NCBI GenBank assembly: GCA_043798935.1
Contig: JAZDOC010000019.1
Span: 10,322-74,321, forward strand
DNA from: Patescibacteria group bacterium
Lineage (GTDB): Bacteria; Patescibacteriota; Patescibacteriia; UBA9570; JAHJKD01
Reading direction: 5' to 3'
Length of the DNA: 64,000 nt
In this document: positions 1 to 9,422 of the stretch, piece by piece
Numbering within the stretch: the first letter of the stretch is position 1
How the letters are laid out: each line of letters starts with the position of its first letter
Notes under the pieces: generated by a model
Databases searched by the model: none
What the model was told of the DNA's origin: nothing
Seen by the model: the letters and a program-made list of their open reading frames with translations, nothing else
Made by a program: the position numbers and the translations under genes

Positions 1-241
1 TTTCGCATTGTTTTTTTCGCCAACTGGAAAAAACTGGCACGAAAGCCACGGTTAAAGCCGCCACAAATAAATTCATGATAAAATCCGGAATTAAAAAACT
101 GGCACTATAAATGTCTAACTCGGTGCTGGCGCCAAATTGTCCGGCCAGTAATCTATCTCTAAGCAATCCAAAGCCATAGCTTCCAATTGACGATACAGCT
201 AACAACCCTGCACCAAAACTAATTGATTTGTTAAATTTCAT
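1..241 (-). CDS. murJ: Lipid II flippase MurJ/MviN, 5' portion (runs off the window edge)
   Basis: Manual translation from ATG at 241: MKFNKSISFGAGLLAVSSIGSYGFGLLRDRLLAGQFGASTELDIYSASFLIPDFIMNLF...AFVPVF. This matches the MurJ N-terminal GxxRD..A..FGA...D.Y..AF.IP pattern. Confidence 0.88.
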   Translation of the reverse strand, partial: MKFNKSISFGAGLLAVSSIGSYGFGLLRDRLLAGQFGASTELDIYSASFLIPDFIMNLFVAALTVAFVPVFSSWRKKQCE

Positions 242-267
242 ATTAATATGATAAAGTTTCTAAACCG

Positions 268-313
268 GCTTGTCCAGATCAGATTGTATAGCTTGTCTAG
301 GTCAGGTGATACA
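268..313. repeat. Two imperfect 23-bp tandem units, degenerate members of a CTTGT-loop hairpin family
   Basis: gcttgtccagatcagattgtata (268-290) vs gcttgtctaggtcaggtgataca (291-313), 17/23 identical. ttgtctaggtca recurs as its reverse complement at 60248-60259. Confidence 0.5.
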
Positions 314-342
314 ATACATTATTATCAAACATTGGTATTCAT

Positions 343-371
343 TTGCTATATTCTGATATATTTGTTATTAT
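343..371 (+). promoter_or_regulatory. Sigma70-type promoter for the ileS leader
   Basis: TTGCTA (343-348), 17-nt spacer, TG-n-TATTAT (366-371), just upstream of the T-box. Confidence 0.6.
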
Positions 372-391
372 CTAACTGAAATTTAAAACAT

Positions 392-540
392 GATTTATTC
401 TAGCTATCACTAGAAAAGTGTTCCGAAGAAAGCTGAATATTTAGCGATTAGACCGGAACGGGTAAGCCCGTAATAGCAGTAATTAAGTATAATTTAAGGT
501 GGTACCGCTCAAATGAGCCCTTATTGATAAGGGTTTTTTA
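392..540 (+). ncRNA. T-box riboswitch (Ile, AUC specifier) with ultra-short Stem I and intrinsic terminator
   Basis: Stem I ttctag/ctagaa with loop ctATCa (ATC 406-408). Stem II gttccg..cggaac with an internal loop. Stem IIA cggg-taag-cccg. Antiterminator aagg-TGGTACC-gctc-aaat-gagc-cctt (496-522). Located directly upstream of ileS. Confidence 0.88.
518..539 (+). terminator. T-box intrinsic terminator
   Basis: ccctta-ttga-taaggg followed by T6. Its 5' arm overlaps the 3' strand of the antiterminator. Confidence 0.8.
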
Positions 541-557
541 TTTATTAAAATATAAAT

Positions 558-3401
558 ATGACGGAAAAAAAAAACAAATTTATAAATTTTGAAGAAGAAA
601 CATTAAAATTTTGGAATGAAAAGAAAATATTCGAAAAGAGCTTAGCTAAAGAATCGCCTCAAGGTGATTATGTCTTTTATGACGGTCCGCCATTTGCGAC
701 CGGCACGCCTCATTACGGGCATATTGTGGCATCACTAATGAAAGATGCTGTGCCGCGATTCTGGACCATGAACGGTTATCGTGTTGAACGACGTTGGGGC
801 TGGGATTGCCATGGATTGCCCATTGAAAATATCGTGGAAAAAGAAATGAATATTTTGAGCAAGAAACAGATTGAAGACGAGATTGGTATTGAAAAATTTA
901 ATGCCAGTTGTCGAAGTAAAGTTTTGATGTATGCTGATGAATGGAAAAAATTTATTCCCCGCATGGGTAGGTGGGTTGATATGGAAAATGCTTACAAAAC
1001 CATGGATCCTGATTTTATGGAAAGCATTTGGTGGGTATTCAAACAGCTTTGGGATAATAAATATATTTACGAGGGTCATAAATCCATGCATATTTGCCCC
1101 AGATGTGAAACCACCTTATCGCAATCTGAAGTTTCTCAAGGCTATAAAGAAGTTAAAGATATTTCAGTGATCGCAAAATTTAAACTTTTGGATGAAGATA
1201 ATACTTATATTTTAGCATGGACTACCACTCCGTGGACTCTACCTGGAAATGTTGCATTAGCCGTGGGCAACAATATTTACTATGTAAAAGTAAAAGCTGA
1301 TGGCGTACATTATATATTAGCGAAAGATGTGGTTGAGAAAATATTTGGTGATAAACCTTATGAAATTATTGAAAATTTACGCGGGATGAATTTATTGGAT
1401 AAAGCGTACGAGCCTTTATTCCCATATTTTGATAATCCGAATAATCGAGAAAAAGGTTTTCATGTTTACGATGGTGATTTTGTAATTACCGAAGAAGGAA
1501 CCGGCATTGTTCATATTGCACCGGCTTTTGGTGAAGACGATATGAAGCTCGGGCAGAGAAACAATTTGCCTTTCATTCAACATGTTGACAGCTCCGGACA
1601 CATGCAAAGCGAAGTGGTTGATTTTGCCGGTCAGAGTGTAAAACCATCAGAAGATCCACAAGTCATGGATATTAAAATTTTAAAGTGGTTAGCCGAGCAT
1701 GATAAATTATTTTCTAAAGAAAAATATACTCATACTTACCCGCATTGCTGGCGTTGTGATTCGCCATTATTAAATTATGCTACATCATCATGGTTCGTTA
1801 ATGTAACGGCTATGAAGGAAAAAATGATTAAATTAGCCGAAGAAATTAATTGGGTGCCGGCACATATTAAGCACGGTCGTTTTGGTAAATGGTTGGATGG
1901 TGCCCAAGACTGGTCTATTTCACGTCAGCGTTTCTGGGGGTCAGTGCTTCCAATTTGGCGCTGTGATAAATGCCAAGAAACACAAATATTTGGATCCAAG
2001 CAAGAATTAGAACAACGAACCAATCAAACCATAACCGATTTGCACAAAGATCAAATGGATAAAATAGTTTATGACTGTGATAAATGTTCCGGTGTTATGC
2101 GTCGTATTCCAGATGTTTTAGATTGTTGGTTTGAATCCGGTTCCATGCCTTATGCGCAAATGCATTACCCCATTGAAAATAAGGAAAAATTTGAGGCAAA
2201 TTTTCCGGCCGAGTTTATTGCCGAAGGAGTGGATCAAACTCGTTGTTGGTTTTATTATTTACTTGTTTTAGCCACCGGTGTTAAAGCTAAAATTCCTTTT
2301 AAAAATGTAATTGCGAATGGCATCGTACTTGCTGAAGACGGACAAAAAATGTCCAAACGTTTAAGAAATTATCCTGATCCAAATCAAGTTATCAACAAAT
2401 ATGGCGCCGATGCTTTGCGTTATTATTTATTAACTTCACCCGTTATGAAGGGCGATACTTTATTATTTTCCGAAAAGGTAGTTGATGAAGTATTTAAAAA
2501 GTTAATCATGATATTGGAAAATGTTTTAACTTTTTACAAAATGTATGCGACCAGCGGAATAGTTGGCACAACAAATTCGACAAATGTTATCGATCGTTGG
2601 ATATTGGCTAAACTTGAAGTTCTAAAACAAGAGGTAACAAACCAAATGCGCGCTTATGATTTGGTATTAGCTTCCCGACCCATTATCGAGTTTGTTAGCG
2701 AGCTTTCCACGTGGTATTTGCGTCGTAGCCGGGATCGTTTTAAGAGTGCAGATTTAGACGACAAAAATAATGCATTAAGTACTATGGCTTATGTTTTAAA
2801 TACGCTGAGTAAAATTTTAGCACCATTTACACCTTTTACAGCTGAACGTTTGTATCAGCAAGTATTTGGCAGTTTAGAGTCAGTGCATCTTGAAGCGTGG
2901 CCGACGGCGCAAAGCGAATTGATCAATGAAAGCTTATTAAGCGACATGAAAAAAATTCGCGAAGCCGTTGAGAAAGGTTTAGCGCTACGGGAAGAAGCTA
3001 AAATTAAAGTTCGCCAACCATTAAATAATTTACAAATTATAGAAGCGGTTGAAGATGAGAATCTATTAGCTTTATTAAAAGCCGAAGTAAATGTTAAAAA
3101 TATTTCCATCGGATCAGACTACCAACTCGATACTGCGCTGACTCCAGAATTAGTGAACGAGGGATTGCTTCGCGAACTAGTGCGCGCAATTAATGCCATG
3201 CGAAAGAAATTATCTCTAACTATCGCAGATAAAGCGTTAGTAACTTATCAGACAAACGATGTAGCTTTAGTTAAAATAATTAAAGATAATTTGAAATATT
3301 TAATGGCCAAAACAAAAACTCAAGAATTTATTGCTGGCCCGGCTGATCAAGAAGTAAAAATTAATGACAAAGTAATTAATTTGAAAATTGACAAAGTATA
3401 A
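558..3401 (+). CDS. ileS: Isoleucine--tRNA ligase, type 2 (IleRS2)
   Basis: DGPPFATGTPHYGH, GWDCHGLP, WTTTPWTLP, ISRQRFWG and KMSKR motifs; C-terminal EG..RELVRAIN typical of IleRS2. Confidence 0.97.
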   Translation: MTEKKNKFINFEEETLKFWNEKKIFEKSLAKESPQGDYVFYDGPPFATGTPHYGHIVASLMKDAVPRFWTMNGYRVERRWGWDCHGLPIENIVEKEMNILSKKQIEDEIGIEKFNASCRSKVLMYADEWKKFIPRMGRWVDMENAYKTMDPDFMESIWWVFKQLWDNKYIYEGHKSMHICPRCETTLSQSEVSQGYKEVKDISVIAKFKLLDEDNTYILAWTTTPWTLPGNVALAVGNNIYYVKVKADGVHYILAKDVVEKIFGDKPYEIIENLRGMNLLDKAYEPLFPYFDNPNNREKGFHVYDGDFVITEEGTGIVHIAPAFGEDDMKLGQRNNLPFIQHVDSSGHMQSEVVDFAGQSVKPSEDPQVMDIKILKWLAEHDKLFSKEKYTHTYPHCWRCDSPLLNYATSSWFVNVTAMKEKMIKLAEEINWVPAHIKHGRFGKWLDGAQDWSISRQRFWGSVLPIWRCDKCQETQIFGSKQELEQRTNQTITDLHKDQMDKIVYDCDKCSGVMRRIPDVLDCWFESGSMPYAQMHYPIENKEKFEANFPAEFIAEGVDQTRCWFYYLLVLATGVKAKIPFKNVIANGIVLAEDGQKMSKRLRNYPDPNQVINKYGADALRYYLLTSPVMKGDTLLFSEKVVDEVFKKLIMILENVLTFYKMYATSGIVGTTNSTNVIDRWILAKLEVLKQEVTNQMRAYDLVLASRPIIEFVSELSTWYLRRSRDRFKSADLDDKNNALSTMAYVLNTLSKILAPFTPFTAERLYQQVFGSLESVHLEAWPTAQSELINESLLSDMKKIREAVEKGLALREEAKIKVRQPLNNLQIIEAVEDENLLALLKAEVNVKNISIGSDYQLDTALTPELVNEGLLRELVRAINAMRKKLSLTIADKALVTYQTNDVALVKIIKDNLKYLMAKTKTQEFIAGPADQEVKINDKVINLKIDKV

Positions 3402-3410
3402 AAAGCGTTT

Positions 3411-4034
3411 ATGGCGATTACATTTAAGTCACCCGGCGTTATAATTACATATAAAGATTATAAAGAAGCTGACCGGTTGTATACGATTTACACTTTAAAC
3501 TATGGCAAGCTTCATTTGCGAGCCGTGGGAGTTAAAAAGATAAAGTCCAAATTAAGCGGTCATCTCGAGCCGTTATGTGAGAGTGATTTATTCATGGCGA
3601 AAAGTAAAACCATTTCTATTATTGGCGGTGCCAGAATAATTAATAGCCATAAGAAAATTAAATTAGACATAGATAAAATCAGAATTATTAATTATTGTTT
3701 AGCGATTTTTAATGATTTGGTTTTAGAAGAACAAGCTGATGAAGAATTGTATTGTTTGTTAACTGGGTTATTGGATTTTGCAAACAGTTACAGTATAAAT
3801 GAACTTATTGAAATTTCATTTGTTTTAAAACTGCTAAATAATCTTGGCTTGCAACCAAATTATTCAGATTATAATAATGATTTGGCAAAAATATTAAGTT
3901 TTTTAAGTCGAGATGATTTTGCTAGTGTTAGCAGATTGCGTTTAACTCAAAAACAGTGGGTTATCCTAAATAATACATTTATAAATCTGATAAAAATTAA
4001 TCAGAATAAAGAATTTACAAAGCTTGTAAAATAA
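3411..4034 (+). CDS. recO: DNA repair protein RecO
   Basis: N-terminal Y.EADR..TIYT..YGK....A.GVKKIKSKLSGHLEP pattern. Confidence 0.9.
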   Translation: MAITFKSPGVIITYKDYKEADRLYTIYTLNYGKLHLRAVGVKKIKSKLSGHLEPLCESDLFMAKSKTISIIGGARIINSHKKIKLDIDKIRIINYCLAIFNDLVLEEQADEELYCLLTGLLDFANSYSINELIEISFVLKLLNNLGLQPNYSDYNNDLAKILSFLSRDDFASVSRLRLTQKQWVILNNTFINLIKINQNKEFTKLVK

Positions 4035-4048
4035 AGTATAATGGTCTC

Positions 4049-5989
4049 ATGTCAAAAGCAATTAAAACCAATAAAAGTTCAAAAAAAGTCATTAATCCTA
4101 CAGAAATTGAAGAAGACCTTAAAAATGAAGAAATTAAGAAACAAGATAACGACGTAAAAAATGAAGAGTCTAAACCAGAAGTTGAGGAAGAAAAACCAAA
4201 AATAAAAAAAACAGACACCTCAGAAAAAAACAAGGCTTTTTTTAAATTTCAAGACCATAAATCAAAGAAAAAAACAAATCAAAATACTGAACAAATCGAT
4301 GATATTTATCAAATTCAAGACGGAGAAGAAATTGACATGACAAAAATGGAAAAAAAGCCTACTAAAAGCAAAGGTTTGTTTGTATTTTTTACTTTGATTT
4401 TTTTAATGATACTAGCCGGTGCTACCGTAGCCGGATTTTATGTTTTTAATAATGATTTTTCCGATAGTAGCGGTGGAAAAGTCCAATTATCAATAAACAT
4501 GGCTGATGAAATTGCTTCAGGCGATCAATTGGAAATTAAAATTGTCTATGACAATCAAGACACAGCCTCAATCAAGGAGGGAACAATATCTATTCATTAT
4601 CCAGATGGTTTTTATTTTCAAAAGGCCGATCCTCAGCCAAATACTTCTGATAATTCTTGGAATATTGCTAATATCGCCGGTGGAGCCGGTGGAAAAATTA
4701 CTATTACTGGTCAGATGGTTGGTGAATTAAATGCAATTAAAGAATTTACCGGGTTTATTACTTATTTACCCGACAACTTTAATTCTACTTTTCAAAATAC
4801 AAATAAAAAAAGTATCACAATTAACGATACCATTGTAAACTTAGAAACTAGCTTGCCACAGATTGCGGTTTCGGGTCAGGAAATAGAATATAAAATTAAA
4901 TTTACTAATACGGCTGATTTGCCACTACCGAATGTAAAAGCGGTTGTCACTTACCCAGATGGTTTTTTAGTAAGTTCAGCTGATCCGCAAGCAACGCTTA
5001 ATAACAACACTTGGCGTTTCGAAGAATTGGAGTCTAATGTGGAAAAAGAAATTATTATTAAAGGTGTATTAAATGGCGATGAATCGAAAAGTAGGGAATT
5101 TAAATTTCAACTTGGCCTGGAAGAGCCTAACGGAGCATTTAATTTACAAAATGAAAAAGTCGATGCTATCTTATTAGTTAAACCGGATTTATCGCTCAAA
5201 TTAGAAGGCCCCGATTCAGCAAAAGCCGAAGATGAAATTACTTATAATATTACAATTAGCAATAATTCCGACATTGCCATTAACAACATTATTGCTAAGT
5301 TAAAAATTGATAACGAGCTAGCCACCAAAAAAATCTATACTTTAGATGAAATTACATCTTTAAGTCCGGGCGAGAAAAAAGATTTAACCCAAGTTGTTAA
5401 AATCAAAAAGAAACTGCCAGAAGGCACAAAAAATGTTGATGCTACTTTAAGTATTGATCAAGCAAAAGTTGAAAACCAGGCTATTAGTATTTCTACTCAA
5501 GCAACTAAAGAAAGTTATTTTCAGGCCGAGCTAAGTTTCAATGCCGAAGCTCGCTATTATGATGACGATCTTACCAAAATAGGTCAAGGACCAATTCCAC
5601 CTGTAATCGGCCAAACCACGGCTTATGTAGTGTATTGGGATTTAGCATCAATTAGTGGTGAAGTTTCTAATATTGAAATTTCCGCACCGCTGGCAGAGTA
5701 TATCAATAAAGTCGAATCCGACGACAATATTAAATATGATGCCGAAACTAATCAAATATCTTGGAAAATAAAGAAATTAGCTGATAGTGCATCTAAACAT
5801 GGTAAATTTACAATTTATATAACACCCACGAAAGATTTAATCAACAAACTTTTAGTAATTACTAAGGAAGCTGTAATTAATGCTATTGATACCAATAGCC
5901 AACAAAATATTTCTTTTACTAATGCGCAATTAACTTCTGATTTACCAAGTGATCCGGCCGCTTCTGGAAAAGGCGTGGTCGAGCAATAA
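4049..5989 (+). CDS. Single-pass membrane protein with tandem Ig-like (DUF11-like) extracellular domains
   Basis: Charged N-terminal tail, TM helix GLFVFFTLIFLMILAGATVAGFYVF, and repeated SGD/SGQEI.Y.I...N ... YPDGF...ADP....N.W units. Confidence 0.7.
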   Translation: MSKAIKTNKSSKKVINPTEIEEDLKNEEIKKQDNDVKNEESKPEVEEEKPKIKKTDTSEKNKAFFKFQDHKSKKKTNQNTEQIDDIYQIQDGEEIDMTKMEKKPTKSKGLFVFFTLIFLMILAGATVAGFYVFNNDFSDSSGGKVQLSINMADEIASGDQLEIKIVYDNQDTASIKEGTISIHYPDGFYFQKADPQPNTSDNSWNIANIAGGAGGKITITGQMVGELNAIKEFTGFITYLPDNFNSTFQNTNKKSITINDTIVNLETSLPQIAVSGQEIEYKIKFTNTADLPLPNVKAVVTYPDGFLVSSADPQATLNNNTWRFEELESNVEKEIIIKGVLNGDESKSREFKFQLGLEEPNGAFNLQNEKVDAILLVKPDLSLKLEGPDSAKAEDEITYNITISNNSDIAINNIIAKLKIDNELATKKIYTLDEITSLSPGEKKDLTQVVKIKKKLPEGTKNVDATLSIDQAKVENQAISISTQATKESYFQAELSFNAEARYYDDDLTKIGQGPIPPVIGQTTAYVVYWDLASISGEVSNIEISAPLAEYINKVESDDNIKYDAETNQISWKIKKLADSASKHGKFTIYITPTKDLINKLLVITKEAVINAIDTNSQQNISFTNAQLTSDLPSDPAASGKGVVEQ

Positions 5990-5991
5990 TC

Positions 5992-7080
5992 ATGAATCAT
6001 TTTAAAATACTCAAACAAAAAAATGGTTTTAGACGCGGTCTTTTAAAAACCGCTCATGGCAATATTAAAACGCCGTTTTTCATGCCCATTGCCACCCGAG
6101 GCTCGGTAAAATTTTTGCATAATCAAGATTTTAAAACTTTAAAAAATCAAATTTTATTAAGCAATACTTATCATTTATATTTACGGCCTGGTTTGGATGT
6201 TTTACAAAAAGCGCAAGGTCTTCATGCTTTCATGAATTGGCATAAACCAATTCTTACTGATTCCGGCGGGTATCAAGTTTATTCTCTTAAAGAAATGCGC
6301 CAAATTCAAGCCCGTGGTGTTAAATTTAAATCGACTTATGATGGATCAAATCATTTTTTTACGCCTGAAAAAGTTATTGATATTCAAAAAATAATCGGCT
6401 CCGATATTATGATGGTGCTAGATGAATGCACTCCTTATCCGTGTGCTAAAGATTATGCCACTAGTTCTATTGAATTAACCACTAATTGGGCAGAGCGCAG
6501 TTATAAGCATTTTAAAAAGAAAAAAAGCTCGGCACTTTTGTTTGCCATAGTTCAAGGGTCTACTTATAAAGATCTTCGCGAAAAAAGTGCGCGCGATTTA
6601 ACCGCCATTTATTTTGATGGTTTTGCCATTGGAGGGTTAGCCGTGGGGGAACCGGTTGAAAAAATGTATGAATCCATTGAATGGGTTTCGCCACTTTTAC
6701 CGGAAGATAAACCGCGCTATTTAATGGGCGTTGGTCAGCCCGAACAAATTTTAGAAGCCGTGCGTCGCGGAGTCGACATGTTTGATTGTGTTTTGCCTAC
6801 CCGAAATGCCCGACATGGATTTTTATATGCCAATTTGAAATTAGCTAAAAATTTATCGAGTTTAAAATACGACATTTTACGCATTACTAAAACTGATTAT
6901 AGAACAGATTTGCATGTACTAGATAAAAATTGCTCTTGTACAACTTGCAAAAGCGGTTATTCGCGGGCTTATATTCGTCATTTGTTTTCGGTTAATGAAC
7001 CGCTGGCTATGCGTTTATGCACTGTACATAATGTAAATTTTTATTTAAACTTAATGCGTCAAATTAGAGATAATATTTAA
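5992..7080 (+). CDS. tgt: tRNA-guanine transglycosylase
   Basis: TPFFMP, NTYHL, TDSGGYQV, LDECT, GGLAVGE, GVDMFDCVLPTRNARHG and the Zn site CSCTTC...H. Confidence 0.96.
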   Translation: MNHFKILKQKNGFRRGLLKTAHGNIKTPFFMPIATRGSVKFLHNQDFKTLKNQILLSNTYHLYLRPGLDVLQKAQGLHAFMNWHKPILTDSGGYQVYSLKEMRQIQARGVKFKSTYDGSNHFFTPEKVIDIQKIIGSDIMMVLDECTPYPCAKDYATSSIELTTNWAERSYKHFKKKKSSALLFAIVQGSTYKDLREKSARDLTAIYFDGFAIGGLAVGEPVEKMYESIEWVSPLLPEDKPRYLMGVGQPEQILEAVRRGVDMFDCVLPTRNARHGFLYANLKLAKNLSSLKYDILRITKTDYRTDLHVLDKNCSCTTCKSGYSRAYIRHLFSVNEPLAMRLCTVHNVNFYLNLMRQIRDNI

Positions 7081-7102
7081 TAATAATAAAAATTAATAAA
7101 AT

Positions 7103-7279
7103 ATGCTTAGTTTAAACTTAATTTTCTCTGTTGCCATTGGCATTTTAGTCGCCCTGATTATTTTTGCCATAATAAAGAAATTATTCAAGTTCTTCTTTAT
7201 TATACTAGTGGTTTTAGCATCTTTGGGGTTTGCTTGGTATGTAATTATTAAACTCGGCATTGAATTTAGCTTAACTTAA
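7103..7279 (+). CDS. Small two-TM membrane protein (58 aa, below the ORF-track cutoff)
   Basis: Manual translation MLSLNLIFSVAIGILVALIIFAIIKKLFKFFFIILVVLASLGFAWYVIIKLGIEFSLT; fills the gap, with its stop 4 nt before the next ATG. Confidence 0.7.
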   Translation: MLSLNLIFSVAIGILVALIIFAIIKKLFKFFFIILVVLASLGFAWYVIIKLGIEFSLT

Positions 7280-7283
7280 AAAT

Positions 7284-7658
7284 ATGGAGCAATACGTGAG
7301 CGAATACCGAGATATGAAAAAAGTCTATGCTTTATGGGCTGGATTAATAATATCGAATGCCATGTATTTTTTTGTTATCTATTATCTCAATTTAAATACT
7401 GATATTTTAAAGCCATTTTTACAATGGCCGCGATTTTTTATATTAATTTTAAGTTTTCAGCTTTTACTAATAGCTCTAGCAGTTTTTTTTAAATTTTCTC
7501 AGCATCGTGAGCATATTGCCTGGGTCATGGCCGACAGTGTCGGAGTAATTGGTTTTTTGTATTTTTGGCTATGGGGGTATAATCCTTTTTTCTATGCCAA
7601 CTTTGCTACTTCGTTTTTACTGATTCTAATTCTCGGGCCATATCTTCATTTTGATTAA
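7284..7658 (+). CDS. Hypothetical membrane protein (about 4 TM)
   Basis: 124-aa hydrophobic ORF in operon-like spacing. Confidence 0.65.
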   Translation: MEQYVSEYRDMKKVYALWAGLIISNAMYFFVIYYLNLNTDILKPFLQWPRFFILILSFQLLLIALAVFFKFSQHREHIAWVMADSVGVIGFLYFWLWGYNPFFYANFATSFLLILILGPYLHFD

Positions 7659-7692
7659 TAAACTAATTAATTTAATAATTTATAATAAATAT

Positions 7693-8853
7693 ATGACTCA
7701 ACATGATAAATTACCCAAACCATCTAAACCAGTAGATCCTCGCGATCCTTCAGTTGATGCAGGTGAAACGAATGCTAGAATAGAAGCACGAAGAAAAATT
7801 GATAATTCAATGAAAGTTTTAAGAGAGTTTTTATTTAAAAGTTATCAATCACCACAGGAACAGTATCGTGAAATCAGTAATAATAGAGCTCATTTTGATA
7901 CATTGTTTAAAAATAGTGAACATTTGAGAGGTGCTGATATCAGCGGCTTACAAGCCATTGAACAACAATTTTGTATTTTATTATTGGGTAATGACGATTT
8001 TTTATATGACCCAGACATGCGAGTAATCGCACAGAAATTAGTGCGCTTGAATAATGATGTTGAACAAAGAATTTTTCCTGATCGCTATACTTCTCTTGAA
8101 GCCGCCGAAGCCATGGAAAAAAGTCAACATGCTATACAACCGACAGATAACTCGATGATAATGGGCTTGCAAAGGCTTACTTATTTACGAATGGCTACTG
8201 ATCCTAAGACTGTTCATGGACAGATGCAAAAAGCTTTAAAAGACAAGCCAGCATCTATACGCAGAGATCCACAAGTTTCTACTGGTGATTTCGAGGATAG
8301 TCCTGGGCTTAGGGATGAATCAGCTACAATTAGGCATTATGCTGAAGGTGTAGTGCCGACATATAGTGATCAAGCGGAACCAGCCTCAACTCAACCTGCC
8401 GTGGTTCGTATCGAGCGTCAAAGCCCGGAGCAACTACATGCCAGAATCTTAGAAGGATTAACCGGCATGAAACGCGATCTTGAGTTTATCAAACAAGCAA
8501 TTGATAATGGCGCTACTAATTTATTAGGATTTAAAAGCAATGAACAATATAAAGATTTAGTTACATTATTCGATAATAGTGAATTCCAACCTATAGATTA
8601 TGAAAGAGAGCTCTTGGACTTACAAACCCAATTTGATGGCCTACAAGCACAACATCCGGAAATAATGGCCACAGCCATACGGATTAATTTTGAATTTGAT
8701 TTATTAAGTAAATGGTTAGAGAGTACTAGATCAACCGTAACTCCCATTAACAGAGGCTTAAAATTTAAACAAACAGCATACCATGATGCTGTACAAAGCC
8801 AGAGTACGTCTATTGGTTTTTGGGCCAGGGTTAAAAAAACATTAGGCATTTAA
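7693..8853 (+). CDS. Hypothetical helical protein with C-terminal amphipathic helix
   Basis: Long ORF (track start 7651; ATG at 7693 preferred) with a Pro-rich N-terminus, ending GFWARVKKTLGI. Confidence 0.7.
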   Translation: MTQHDKLPKPSKPVDPRDPSVDAGETNARIEARRKIDNSMKVLREFLFKSYQSPQEQYREISNNRAHFDTLFKNSEHLRGADISGLQAIEQQFCILLLGNDDFLYDPDMRVIAQKLVRLNNDVEQRIFPDRYTSLEAAEAMEKSQHAIQPTDNSMIMGLQRLTYLRMATDPKTVHGQMQKALKDKPASIRRDPQVSTGDFEDSPGLRDESATIRHYAEGVVPTYSDQAEPASTQPAVVRIERQSPEQLHARILEGLTGMKRDLEFIKQAIDNGATNLLGFKSNEQYKDLVTLFDNSEFQPIDYERELLDLQTQFDGLQAQHPEIMATAIRINFEFDLLSKWLESTRSTVTPINRGLKFKQTAYHDAVQSQSTSIGFWARVKKTLGI

Positions 8854-8874
8854 AATTAGATCAAATATAAGGTT

Positions 8875-8890
8875 GCTGGCTAAAGTCAGC
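8875..8890 (-). repeat. Short hairpin with TTTA loop (IS200/IS605-end or REP-like)
   Basis: Minus strand gctgac-ttta-gccagc; related copy at 59456-59479. Confidence 0.35.
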
Positions 8891-8908
8891 CGATTAAAAG
8901 AATTTTGA

Positions 8909-8938
8909 TTGCAAATGAAACATATTTTATGGTATAAT
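8909..8938 (+). promoter_or_regulatory. Sigma70-type promoter
   Basis: TTGCAA, 18-nt spacer, TG-n-TATAAT. Confidence 0.55.
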
Positions 8939-8978
8939 AAAACTTGATTTAAATTTTAACAAATTAATATTAAAAATC

Positions 8979-9302
8979 ATGGATGAGGCCATGTTTCCTA
9001 GAACTGCACGCTTACCGATTCATGAACAAGCCATCAAAACTGCTAAAATGAGATCAGAGTTGAAAACAATTAATCCCAGTAAAACTATTACCGGTGCAGA
9101 ACAAGATATTGAAAATTGGCATATTGATTTATTATTTTCTAAATTACAAGATTGGCTACAAACTAGAATTACTCATATTAAATATAGCTTTGAGCTGGTT
9201 GATTTTATAGATATTCCATATATTGATATATTAATCGATAAAATAAGGTCTTATCAATTAAATAATCGTGATGAGAGATTGATATATATTCGAAATAATT
9301 AG
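8979..9302 (+). CDS. Hypothetical protein, possibly truncated or pseudogenising
   Basis: 107-aa ORF; protein-like reading continues in another frame to 9417. Confidence 0.5.
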   Translation: MDEAMFPRTARLPIHEQAIKTAKMRSELKTINPSKTITGAEQDIENWHIDLLFSKLQDWLQTRITHIKYSFELVDFIDIPYIDILIDKIRSYQLNNRDERLIYIRNN

Positions 9303-9422
9303 CATATTTGCACATCCAAATAAAAGATATTAAAGTAAAATAAGTCGTCAGGCTGAAAACGCCGCTTATAGCGCTTTAATGAAAATCGAACCTTTAATTG
9401 AAATAGAAGATTTATAATTTAC

